This document shows positions 1 through 8,216 of a DNA stretch of 64,000 nt, piece after piece. Each line of letters starts with the position of its first letter. Position 1 is the first letter of the stretch. A program made the position numbers and the translations under genes. This DNA comes from Acidobacteriota bacterium. Lineage in GTDB: Bacteria > Actinomycetota > Actinomycetes > Actinomycetales > Microbacteriaceae. Location: contig JABBOB010000006.1 of assembly GCA_019352055.1 (NCBI GenBank), positions 10,974 to 74,973 of the forward strand, in the 5' to 3' direction. Under the pieces are notes generated by a model. It was given only the letters and a program-made list of their open reading frames with translations. It searched no databases and was not told where the DNA came from.

Positions 1-668
1 TCGATGCCGACCTCGACGGCGTCGGGATAGCGGCGGCCGAGCTCGGCCCGACTCGCCTCGTCGAACGCGAGGGGGAGGTAGGCGATGTTCGCGTCGGCCC
101 CCGTCGGGTCGAGCACGGCGAGCGCGGTGTCGAGGTGGTAGAACCGTGGGTCGACGAGCCGCAGGGTCACGACCTCCCGGCCGGTGACCTGCGCCAGCTC
201 GGCATGGCTCTCGACGCTCGTGCGGAACCCGGTGCCGGCGAGGATCACGTCGCCGACGAGGAGGAAGTCCCCCTCGCCCTCGTTGATCCGCTGCGCCTCG
301 TGCACGCGGAAGCCGTTCGCGGCGAACCAGTCGCCGTACGCGGGGCCCTCCGGCTGCCGCTCGGGGTGGGTGAAGCGCGCCGTGTAGGCGACGCCGTCGA
401 GCGTGAACCCGCCGTTGGCCGCGTAGACCATGTCGGGCAGGCCCGCGATCGGGTCGATCAGCTCGACGTCGTGACCGAGGGCGACGTACGTGTCGTAGAG
501 GGTCTGCCACTGGCCCAGGGCGACCGACGTGTCCGTCGGGTCCTCCGGGTTCATCCAGGGGTTGATCCGGTACGCGACGGTGAAGTGCTCGGGACGGCAC
601 ATCAGGAGGCGGCGAGGGACGGCCTTCCGCTCGGTGACGGCGGAGCCTGCGGGCGCGGGAAGTGACAC
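1..668 (-). CDS. Amidinotransferase / dimethylarginine dimethylaminohydrolase-family protein (partial; 3' end lies beyond the window start)
   Basis: My reverse-strand translation gives VSLPAPAGSAVTERKAVPRRLLMCRPEHFTVAYRINPWMNPEDP...GEGDFLLVGDVILAGTGFRTS...RFYHLDTALAVLD, typical of the amidinotransferase/DDAH superfamily. GTG at 668, alternative ATG at 602. Divergent from an Lrp regulator. Not in the ORF track because no stop lies in the window. Confidence 0.7.
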   Translation of the reverse strand, partial: MSLPAPAGSAVTERKAVPRRLLMCRPEHFTVAYRINPWMNPEDPTDTSVALGQWQTLYDTYVALGHDVELIDPIAGLPDMVYAANGGFTLDGVAYTARFTHPERQPEGPAYGDWFAANGFRVHEAQRINEGEGDFLLVGDVILAGTGFRTSVESHAELAQVTGREVVTLRLVDPRFYHLDTALAVLDPTGADANIAYLPLAFDEASRAELGRRYPDAVEVGI

Positions 669-965
669 GGTGGTCCTCTCGGGTGCAGCGGATGCTGGAC
701 TTGCCGGACCAGGTCGACGGCCCCTCCAGTGTGCCTCCGCCCGCGCGCAATCGATGCGGAACGCCCGCACGGATGCTGCGCACAACCAGCACTGGGCGCA
801 ACAGATCACACACGCCTCGGGGAGCAGGCGCCCGGAAGTCGACTTCGGAGGCCAGAACGACGCCGCCCGGTGCCCTGGTCCCGCAGCCGTCCCGGTCCTC
901 TCGGCGAGCACGCACGGATGCTGCACCGCGGGCGGGTTCCACGCAACGCGACCTACCCTTTTGCC

Positions 966-1403
966 ATGGATGCCATCGACTCCCGCATCATCGACCTGTT
1001 GAAGCGCAACGCGCGGTCCGCGTACGGCGACATCGGCGCGGTCGTCGGGCTCTCGGCGTCCGCGGTCAAGCGCCGGGTGGATCGACTGCTGGCGGAGGGC
1101 GTGATCCGGTCCTTCACGATCCAGGTGGACCCGGCCACGGAGGGGATGAGCACGGAGGCGTGGGTCGAGCTGTTCTGCCGCGGCACCGTCTCCCCCACGG
1201 AGCTCCGCCGGATCCTCACGGCGGTGCCCGAGGTCGTCTACGCCGGCACCGTGACGGGCAGCGCGGACGCGATCGTGCAGATGCGGAGCCGTGACATCCC
1301 GAGCCTCGAGCTCGCGCTCGAGCGCGTCCGGGTGGCACCGAACGTCGACCACACCCGGAGCGCGATCGTGCTCTCCCGGTTGGTGAACCGCACCACAGGC
1401 TGA
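966..1403 (+). CDS. Lrp/AsnC family transcriptional regulator
   Basis: MDAIDSRIIDLLKRNARSAYGDIGAVVGLSASAVKRRVDRLLAEGVIRSF... is an HTH_AsnC N-terminus followed by a RAM-like domain. ATG at 966 lies within track ORF 729..1403. TACCCT at 954-959 sits 6 nt upstream, so the mRNA may be leaderless. Confidence 0.9.
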   Translation: MDAIDSRIIDLLKRNARSAYGDIGAVVGLSASAVKRRVDRLLAEGVIRSFTIQVDPATEGMSTEAWVELFCRGTVSPTELRRILTAVPEVVYAGTVTGSADAIVQMRSRDIPSLELALERVRVAPNVDHTRSAIVLSRLVNRTTG

Positions 1404-1408
1404 TCGGA

Positions 1409-1435
1409 CCTCCTTTCCGCTCAGCGGGAAGGAGG
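1409..1435 (+). terminator. Stem-loop just after the Lrp stop codon
   Basis: CCTCCTTTCCGC (1409-1420), loop TCA, GCGGGAAGGAGG (1424-1435). 12-bp stem with one G-U pair. No T-tract follows. Confidence 0.4.
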
Positions 1436-1742
1436 CGGCCGCACCGCACCGACCGTCACGTGCCCACGGAATCCGGGGCTCCACCTGGGATTCATGTCCC
1501 GTTTGCACCACGCGTGCGGCGCGTCGCGAGCACACACGGACCCGAACGCGCTATGGGCGGGTTCGCATCGTCGTGATCCTCCTGTTACCTTCCCTCGCGA
1601 CGACCGCCGCCGAGTCATCACCCCGGCCCGGACTCATCAGGCGCCTGCACGCCGGGCCCACGACACCCCCTCGTGAGGCCGGCCTCCAGCGTGCCCGCAG
1701 TGCGCCGTCCGGCGTCCTGCGAACCGACCTGAGGAGACCCCC

Positions 1743-2531
1743 GTGCCCCGATGGACGAAGCGGAACACCGCGCTCGCGCTGACCTCGGCGGCGATGGCCG
1801 TCGCCGTCACCGCGGGATGCGTCGTCGCGGCGACCCCCCGGTCGGCGGTCGCCGGCGCGGCTCCGAAGCCCGATGCCGCCGCGGTCGTCCGGGTCGTCCA
1901 GGCGCGGCTCTCGGTGCTCGAGACGCAGGCGGACACCGCCGGCCGCGCAGCACAGGTCGCTGACGAGGCCCTGCTCGAGCACGACACCGCGGCGAACAAG
2001 GCCGCGGCCGACCGGGCGGAGGCGGCCCTCGCCTCGCTCGCCGACCGGCAGACGCCGGAGCTGACGACGCTGCTCGGCCGGCTGACCACGCTCGGCGTGC
2101 AGGTCGACCAGGCGACGAGCGACGGCACGACCGCGACGACCGCAGCGCTGGTGGGGAGGACGCGGGCGCTGCGAGCCGTCTCGTTCGCGCGCAAGCAGAT
2201 CGGCGATCCCTACGGGTTCGCGGACGCCGGCCCCCGGCGCTGGGACTGCTCGGGGCTGACGATGGGCGCGTACCGGGCGGTCGAGGTCTCGATCGGCGGC
2301 CACAGCGCGACCGCGCAGTGGCGGCAGGCCAAGACGCATCACCGCCTCGTGTCGTACCGGCACCGCAAGCCCGGTGACCTCATCTTCTACGGCAGCCCGG
2401 GTGCGGTCTACCACGTGGCGATCTACGTCGGGCACAACCGCATGATCGAGGCGCCGTACCCGGGCAAGCGAGTGCGCGAGGTGCCGGTCCGGTCCTGGGG
2501 TCGGCTGTCGCAGGTGGCGCGCCCCGCGTAG
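1743..2531 (+). CDS. Secreted NlpC/P60 family peptidoglycan endopeptidase (RipA-like: coiled-coil N-terminal region plus C-terminal NlpC/P60 domain)
   Basis: Signal/lipobox-like N-terminus MPRWTKRNTALALTSAAMAVAVTAGC. Ala-rich coiled region. C-terminal QIGDPYGFADAGPRRWDCSGLTMGAY...GDLIFYG...VYHVAIYVGHNRMIEAP carries the Cys-His catalytic signature. Confidence 0.85.
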   Translation: MPRWTKRNTALALTSAAMAVAVTAGCVVAATPRSAVAGAAPKPDAAAVVRVVQARLSVLETQADTAGRAAQVADEALLEHDTAANKAAADRAEAALASLADRQTPELTTLLGRLTTLGVQVDQATSDGTTATTAALVGRTRALRAVSFARKQIGDPYGFADAGPRRWDCSGLTMGAYRAVEVSIGGHSATAQWRQAKTHHRLVSYRHRKPGDLIFYGSPGAVYHVAIYVGHNRMIEAPYPGKRVREVPVRSWGRLSQVARPA

Positions 2532-2608
2532 GGCCCGCGCCGACGGAGCTCCCCGCCCGTGAGGGCCCTCGATACAGTCGAGGGTCCGAGCTCGAGCCGA
2601 GGAGCGGA

Positions 2609-3832
2609 ATGCCCGACGATCCCACCGACCCCGACCTGCCGCTGTACGGTGCCTCCCCGACGATCGCCTACGCCCGGTTCTGGCGGCGGTACCTGGTGTT
2701 CTCCGGACGGGCGAGCCTGTCCGAGTACTGGTGGGCAGCCCTCCTGAACGTCCTCGCCGCGGTGGTGCTGGGCGCCGTCGGCGGGATCCTGCTCGCGGTC
2801 GGCGGATCGCTCGCGGCCCAGGGCTCCGCGATCGCCGCGGTCCCGAACGCGCTCGGCGCCGTGCTGGTCTTCGTGCTCGCCCTCTACGTGCTCGGGCTGA
2901 TCGTGCCGGGCATCGCGATCTCCGTCCGGCGGCTGCACGACGCGAACCTGTCAGGGCTGCTGTACCTGCTCGTCTTCGTCCCCTCCGTCGGCTGGCTCAT
3001 CGTGACGGTGCTGACGGTGCTGCCGTCGAACCCGGACGGTCGGCGCTTCGATCTCGGATCCCCCAGGTGGGCGCCGTCCGCGTCGCAGCCCGCTTCGCCC
3101 CCCACCGGACGCCCGGCCGCGGCTCCGCCGGAGGTCAACGGCGGGTTCGACGCCTGGCCGGCCCCGACGGCCGTCGCACCGGCGACGGCACCGATGCCGA
3201 TCATGACGCCGGCCGGTTCCGCGCCGTCGCCGGAGGCCGCCCAGCTCGCTGCGTGGCGGTCCGTCGGCGAAGTCGAGCGCGTGGAACCGAAGCTCGGGTT
3301 GCAGCCGTCCTGGCGGCGGCAGGGCTACCTGGTCGTGCGTCGCAGCGACGGCATCGACATCCTCACGACCGCCGGCCTGGGAGAGACGGAGGGCGCCGCG
3401 GCCCTCGGCCCCGGTGCGGAGGTGTTCCTCGCCGGTCGCGGGCTGGGTGCGACCCCCGACGCGGTGGGGGACGGCTGGCGGTTCACGATCGTGGCCGCCG
3501 TCGCGCGGCGCATCGGTGCGAGCGGCATGCACCTCCCCGCCGAGCTCGAGCAGTACGGCGCCCTGTCCCTGACGGTGCCGGCTGACGCCCCCGACGGCTG
3601 GCGCGGGCCGGACGGCGGCGTCGGGGTGCTGATCGGCGTCGGACTGCCGGGGGTGCCCGATTCGGTCGCCAGCACGGCGGGTGAGGTGCGCCTGGTCGGC
3701 CTCATCCCCCTCCGGCCCGACGAGCTGCAGCGGATCCTCGACGGCGGCCGAGCGGTGCGGGCCTCGATCGCCTCGCGTCTCGCGTCGCTGCCGCCGGCCG
3801 CGCTCACCGACCCGGACCGCCCCTCCGTCTGA
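2609..3832 (+). CDS. DUF805 (YhaH-like) inner-membrane protein fused to a roughly 190-aa C-terminal soluble domain (possibly SUFU-like)
   Basis: N-terminal FWRRYLVFSGRASLSEYWWAALLNVL...ISVRRLHDANLSG...L is the DUF805 signature with 3-4 TM helices. A Pro/Ala-rich linker follows, then a globular C-terminal part. ATG is preceded by GAGGAGCGG. Confidence 0.75.
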   Translation: MPDDPTDPDLPLYGASPTIAYARFWRRYLVFSGRASLSEYWWAALLNVLAAVVLGAVGGILLAVGGSLAAQGSAIAAVPNALGAVLVFVLALYVLGLIVPGIAISVRRLHDANLSGLLYLLVFVPSVGWLIVTVLTVLPSNPDGRRFDLGSPRWAPSASQPASPPTGRPAAAPPEVNGGFDAWPAPTAVAPATAPMPIMTPAGSAPSPEAAQLAAWRSVGEVERVEPKLGLQPSWRRQGYLVVRRSDGIDILTTAGLGETEGAAALGPGAEVFLAGRGLGATPDAVGDGWRFTIVAAVARRIGASGMHLPAELEQYGALSLTVPADAPDGWRGPDGGVGVLIGVGLPGVPDSVASTAGEVRLVGLIPLRPDELQRILDGGRAVRASIASRLASLPPAALTDPDRPSV

Positions 3833-3843
3833 CCGCTTTTCAC

Positions 3844-3916
3844 GGATCAGGCTCGTTTCGGCGACACGCCGTCCGCAGCGCCACTGAAACGGCGTGTCGC
3901 AGAACGAGCCTGATCC
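3844..3916. terminator. Long interrupted inverted repeat between convergent genes (bidirectional terminator candidate)
   Basis: GGATCAGGCTCGTT (3844-3857) pairs with AACGAGCCTGATCC (3903-3916). GCGACACGCCGT (3861-3872) pairs with ACGGCGTGTCGC (3889-3900). 16-nt loop. Lies in the 92-nt gap between the stops at 3832 and 3925. Confidence 0.5.
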
Positions 3917-3924
3917 ATGAAAGA

Positions 3925-4839
3925 TCAGTGGAAGCGGTGGTCCTGCGGAGCCAGTCGCTGCGCTCGTCTGGGGACCGCGACGCCGGAGGCGACGATCAGT
4001 CGCATGACCCGCTGCCGGTGTCCCCGCCAGGGCTCGAGCAGCTCGAGCATGCCCGCGTCGTCGACCTTCTCGCCGATGAGCGCCGTGCCGACGATGCCGG
4101 GCAGGTGCAGATCGCCGAAGCTCGGCGCATCCGGATCGCCGTGGGACCGCTGGCTCGTCTCCGCCGCCGTCCAGATGCCGACGCCGGGCACGCTGCGCAG
4201 ACGGCGGGCGACCTCCGCACCACCGCGACCGAGTGCGAGGGTGCGCTCCAGGCCGGAGGCGACCGCCGTGGCGGCCATCACCGCCGCCGACCGCTTCGGG
4301 TCGACCCCGGCCCGGTGCCAGTCCCAGGAGGGCACACGCCGCCAGGTCTCGGCCGACGGGGCCACCCGCATGCCGTCGGGGGCTGGTCCGGGCGCGCGAT
4401 CGCCGTGGCGCCGTACGAGCCACTCCCACGCCCGATGCGCGTCCACGGTGGCCACCTTCTGCTCGAGGATGGCCGCCACGAGCATCTCGAGCACCTGACG
4501 GCAGCGAGTCAGTCGGAGACCCGGGTGCCGTCGCCGCACCTCCGCCAGCAGCGGGACGGCGGCGACGTCGAGGTCGGCCCAGTCGTCCCCGGCACCGAGC
4601 AGCTCCGGCACGCCGTCGATCGCCCAGTCGGCACCCGTCCCCCAGGCGGCGGCGTGCACGGCCCCGTCCGCGTGCTGGGCGAGCCGCAACGTCGCCGGGC
4701 CGTCCGGGGTGCGGACGGTGCGCCACACGATCGGGCGGTCGGGCTCACGACGGAAGGTCGGATCGCCTGCCCCCCGGCGGAGCACGCGGACCGTGGCGAG
4801 CAGGTCGATCGGATCGGCGGGGGCGTACACCGTCCGCAC
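3925..4839 (-). CDS. DNA-3-methyladenine glycosylase II family protein (AlkA-like, HhH-GPD)
   Basis: VRTVYAPADPIDLLATVRVL...WGTGADWAIDGVPELLGAGDDW...ILEQKVATVDAHRAW...SVPGVGIWTAAETSQRSHGDPDAPSFGDLHL. GTG at 4839 chosen. The track ORF extends to 4950, with another GTG at 4881. Confidence 0.8.
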   Translation of the reverse strand: MRTVYAPADPIDLLATVRVLRRGAGDPTFRREPDRPIVWRTVRTPDGPATLRLAQHADGAVHAAAWGTGADWAIDGVPELLGAGDDWADLDVAAVPLLAEVRRRHPGLRLTRCRQVLEMLVAAILEQKVATVDAHRAWEWLVRRHGDRAPGPAPDGMRVAPSAETWRRVPSWDWHRAGVDPKRSAAVMAATAVASGLERTLALGRGGAEVARRLRSVPGVGIWTAAETSQRSHGDPDAPSFGDLHLPGIVGTALIGEKVDDAGMLELLEPWRGHRQRVMRLIVASGVAVPRRAQRLAPQDHRFH

Positions 4840-4967
4840 CGACGGCGCCCCCTGGGTCGCCGGGCCCGCTGTCCCCCGCACGGGGGACAGCGTAGGAAGG
4901 CGTGCGGACACCCCGGACCGACACGCCGCGCAGCCTTCTCGCCGCTGCACGGACTACCGTCCCGCGG

Positions 4968-5456
4968 ATGGCGACACAGGACGAGATCGGCAGGCTGCGA
5001 ACCCTCATCGGCAAGGCGCGCATCGGCATCATCACCACCATCGACGAGGACGGCGCGCTGGTCAGCCGGCCGATGGCCATCAAGGAACGCGACTTCGACG
5101 GGGACCTCTGGTTCTTCACGGAGGATCCCTCGCACAAGACCGCGGAAGTGCGGGCCAACCCGCAGGTGAACGTCGCGCTGGACTCGGGTGGCGGCTGGGT
5201 GTCGCTCGCCGGAGAGGCGGAGGTCGTCCACGACGCCACGAAGATCGACGAGCTCTGGGACACGGGCGCCGAGGCGTGGTTCACGGGCGGCAGGGACGAC
5301 CCGAAGGTCGCACTCCTCAAGGTGACGGCGCACACCGCGGAGTACTGGGCCGCCGACGATCCGAAGCCGCTCGTGCTCTTCAAGTACGCGAAGGCCGCCG
5401 TCACAGGCGGTCGACCGGATGTGGGCGAGGCCCGCACGGTCGACCTCGACTCGTGA
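4968..5456 (+). CDS. Pyridoxamine 5'-phosphate oxidase family protein (general stress protein 26-like)
   Basis: MATQDEIGRLRTLIGKARIGIITTIDEDGALVSRPMAIKERDFDGDLWFFTEDPSHKTAEVRANPQVNVAL... ATG at 4968 within track ORF 4902..5456. Confidence 0.85.
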   Translation: MATQDEIGRLRTLIGKARIGIITTIDEDGALVSRPMAIKERDFDGDLWFFTEDPSHKTAEVRANPQVNVALDSGGGWVSLAGEAEVVHDATKIDELWDTGAEAWFTGGRDDPKVALLKVTAHTAEYWAADDPKPLVLFKYAKAAVTGGRPDVGEARTVDLDS

Positions 5457-6394
5457 GCGTGCGCGCGCTGCTGGCAGCCGAGAAGGGTTCCCCCGCGACC
5501 CTCGTCGAACGCGACGAGCCCACCGGGGAGGTGCTCACCGGCCTCTGGTCCTCGCTCAACTACAAGGACGCCCTCGCGCTCGCCGGCAGGCCGGGGGTGC
5601 TCCGGTCGCTGCCGATGGTCCCCGGCATCGACGTGGTGGGGCGTGACGCAGCCGGCCGGACCGTCATCGTCACCGGGGGCGGCCTCGGCGAGCGCCAGGA
5701 CGGCGGCCTCGCCGAGCGGGTCGCGGTCGACCCCTCGACCGCGGTGCCGGTTCCCGACGTCTTCACGCCGCAGCAGGCTGCTGCGATCGGCACGGCCGGG
5801 GTCACCGCGGCGCTCTCCGTGCTGGCATTCGAACGCGCCGGCCTCCCGGACGGACCGGTGCTGGTCACGGGTGCGGGAGGCGGGGTCGGCGGGTTCGCGG
5901 TCGCGCTGCTCGCCGCGGGCGGTCGCGAGGTGCACGCGGCGACCGGGCGCGCAGGAACGATCGGCGACCACCTCCGGGCGCTCGGCGCGACCGAGGTCGT
6001 GGAGCGCCTGCCGGCCGATCCGGGGCGGCCCCTGCAGTCCGCGCGCTGGGCCGGTGTGGTCGACTCGGTGGGAGGAGGCGCACTCGTCAACGCGATCGCC
6101 CAGACCCTCCCCGGCGGGGTCGTCGCCGCGTGCGGCCTCGCCGGTTCCGCCGACCTGCCGGGCACGGTGCTGCCGTTCATCCTGCGCGGCGTGACGTTGG
6201 CCGGCATCTTCTCGGTCGATCTCGATCCCGCCAAGCGCCGAGCCGCATGGGCGCTGCTCGCCGAGCGGATCGACGGGGCGGTGGTCGACCGGCTGACCGA
6301 CCGGGTCGTACCGCTCGAGCAGGCGCCCGGGATGGCGCAGGACGTGCTCGCCGGCCGGATCCGCGGCCGGGTCGTGGTCCGACTCGGGCGGTGA
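5453..6394 (+). CDS. MDR-family NADPH:quinone oxidoreductase (YhdH/AcuI-like)
   Basis: VSVRALLAAEKG...SSLNYKDALALAGRPGVLRSLPMVPGIDVVG...VLVTGAGGGVGGFAVALLAAGG... GTG at 5453 overlaps the preceding stop (GTGA). Confidence 0.85.
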   Translation: MSVRALLAAEKGSPATLVERDEPTGEVLTGLWSSLNYKDALALAGRPGVLRSLPMVPGIDVVGRDAAGRTVIVTGGGLGERQDGGLAERVAVDPSTAVPVPDVFTPQQAAAIGTAGVTAALSVLAFERAGLPDGPVLVTGAGGGVGGFAVALLAAGGREVHAATGRAGTIGDHLRALGATEVVERLPADPGRPLQSARWAGVVDSVGGGALVNAIAQTLPGGVVAACGLAGSADLPGTVLPFILRGVTLAGIFSVDLDPAKRRAAWALLAERIDGAVVDRLTDRVVPLEQAPGMAQDVLAGRIRGRVVVRLGR

Positions 6395-6981
6395 CCGATC
6401 CCGGCATCGCGGTCGTCCCGGCGACGGCTGCGGACTTCGCGGCCGTCGAGCACGCGCTGACGGGTGGCGGGGACGGGGGCTCTTGCTGGTGTCGCTGGCT
6501 GCTCGAGACCAGGGCCGCGTTCGACGCGTCGTCGCATGAGGAGCGGCGTGCCGCGCTCCGGGACGAGCTCGCGCAGGCGGAGGTGGCACCCGGTCTGGTG
6601 GCCAGGATCGACGGGGAGGGGGTCGGCTGGGTCCGCGTCGCACCGCGGCCCGCGCAGCCCGGCGTCCTCCGCGCCCGGATCGTCCGCGCCGGCAGCGACG
6701 AGACGCCCGCGGACGGGGCCGTCTGGGCGATCACCTGCTTCGTGGTGCGGCGCGAGCGGCGCGGCTCCGGGGTGGCCGCCGCCCTGCTGCAGGCGGCGAT
6801 CGGGCACGCACGCGAGCACGGCGCCCGTGTGATCGAGGGCTATCCCGTCGACCGCGGGGTCCGGCCGAAAGCGACGAGCGCGGAGCTGTGGCACGGCACC
6901 GTCGGCCTCTTCTCCAGGGCCGGGTTCGAGGAGACCGGCCGTCCGACCCCGGGCCGGGCGGTCATGACGCTCCAGCCGTAG
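6391..6981 (+). CDS. GNAT family N-acetyltransferase
   Basis: ...ITCFVVRRERRGSGVAAALLQAAIGHAREHGARVIEGYPVD... is the acetyl-CoA-binding motif. GTG at 6391 overlaps the upstream stop (GTGA). Confidence 0.8.
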   Translation: MTDPGIAVVPATAADFAAVEHALTGGGDGGSCWCRWLLETRAAFDASSHEERRAALRDELAQAEVAPGLVARIDGEGVGWVRVAPRPAQPGVLRARIVRAGSDETPADGAVWAITCFVVRRERRGSGVAAALLQAAIGHAREHGARVIEGYPVDRGVRPKATSAELWHGTVGLFSRAGFEETGRPTPGRAVMTLQP

Positions 6982-7011
6982 CGCGGTGCCGAGCAGCGTC
7001 GACCCGCCGGT

Positions 7012-8019
7012 TCAGCGCGGCGGGGCCGTCGAGGTGCGGACCACCAGCTCGACCGGCGCGGGCGCCGTGCTGACGGCACCACGGCGGACACCGAGATCCG
7101 CCAGCAGCAGTGCCGCTGCCCGCGACCCCTGCTCCCCCGGAGACTGCCGGACCGTCGTGAGGCCGTACCCGGCCGAGAAGGGGTGGTCGTCGAGTCCCGC
7201 GACCGAGACGTCGTCGGGTACCCGCAGCCCGAGGTGCTGGGCGGCCAGCAGGACGCCGAACGCGCTCTCGTCGGTCGCCGCGAACACCGCTGTGGGCCGG
7301 TCCGGGCGGCCCAGCAGTCGCTCGGCTGCTGCCCTGCTCACGTCGAGGCGGAGACCGCCGGAGACGAACCAGTCGGGCGGCGCGACGACCCCGGCCTCCT
7401 CGAGCATCGCGGCCCACGCGCGTCGACGCTCGCCGACGACGCTCTCGACGACCGCGGGACCGACATCGGCGCCGACATGGGCGATCCTCCGGTGTCCCAG
7501 CTGGAGCAGGTGCCCGACCGCGAGCCTCGCCGCCTCGACCTCCGGGATGCCGATGCCGCGGATCCCGGCGAAGCGGCCCCCGACCGACACGAGGGGTGAT
7601 CGCACCTCGCGGAGAAGCGTCTGCTCCTCCGCGTCCAGGCCGAACCCGATGACCACGTACGCGGACGCCTGGGCCGTCCGGAGCTCGGTGTCGGTGAGCC
7701 GTCGGCGCCCGCCGTCCGGTTCGCCGAGGTTCACGAGGCTCGTCGCCCAGCCCGCGCGCCGCAGCACCGAGTCGACCCCCTCCAGCACGGAGGAGTAGAA
7801 CCACGGCGTGATCCCGGGCGTCACGACGCCCACCACCTTCGGCCGCCCCGTCGCGAGGGCCGCCGCGGTGCGGGAGGGGACGAATCCGAGTCGGTCCGCC
7901 GCCGCTCGCACGGCCTCCGCCGTCCCGGGCGCGACGTGTCGGAGGTCGCGCAGCGCGCGCGACACCGTCGCCTCGGACACCCCGGCCAGCCTGGCCACGT
8001 CCCGGATCGTCGCCGGCAT
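7012..8019 (-). CDS. LacI family transcriptional regulator
   Basis: MPATIRDVARLAGVSEATVSRALRDLRHVAPGTAEAVRAAADRLGFVPSRTAAALATGR... is the HTH, followed by a periplasmic-binding-protein-like core. Confidence 0.9.
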   Translation of the reverse strand: MPATIRDVARLAGVSEATVSRALRDLRHVAPGTAEAVRAAADRLGFVPSRTAAALATGRPKVVGVVTPGITPWFYSSVLEGVDSVLRRAGWATSLVNLGEPDGGRRRLTDTELRTAQASAYVVIGFGLDAEEQTLLREVRSPLVSVGGRFAGIRGIGIPEVEAARLAVGHLLQLGHRRIAHVGADVGPAVVESVVGERRRAWAAMLEEAGVVAPPDWFVSGGLRLDVSRAAAERLLGRPDRPTAVFAATDESAFGVLLAAQHLGLRVPDDVSVAGLDDHPFSAGYGLTTVRQSPGEQGSRAAALLLADLGVRRGAVSTAPAPVELVVRTSTAPPR

Positions 8020-8098
8020 CCCACCCGTCCCCGCGTCCGATCGATCCGGACGGTGACAACGCTACGACCAGCGCGACGCGCCGCTCGGCGACTTGCAC

Positions 8099-8112
8099 CG
8101 CAATCGCTTGCA
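8099..8112. promoter_or_regulatory. Candidate LacI-family operator in the LacI/MFS divergent spacer
   Basis: CGCAATCGCTTGCA is an imperfect palindrome of the GCAAnCGnTTGC type. It lies 105 nt upstream of the MFS start. Confidence 0.25.
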
Positions 8113-8216
8113 GATCCACGCTTCGAGCACCTCCACGCGCATCGGTGCCGGATCCGGTGCACCGCGGGCCGCCCGGCGGATGAGCGCTCACCGTCATCGA
8201 GTCCTCCGGAACCCAC

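Noticed and set aside
2951-4726. 591-aa minus-strand ORF spanning the DUF805 and alkA region
   Set aside because: Arg/Gly/Pro/Ala-dominated low-complexity translation with no domain-like motifs. It overlaps two well-supported genes on different strands. It is a typical high-GC shadow ORF.
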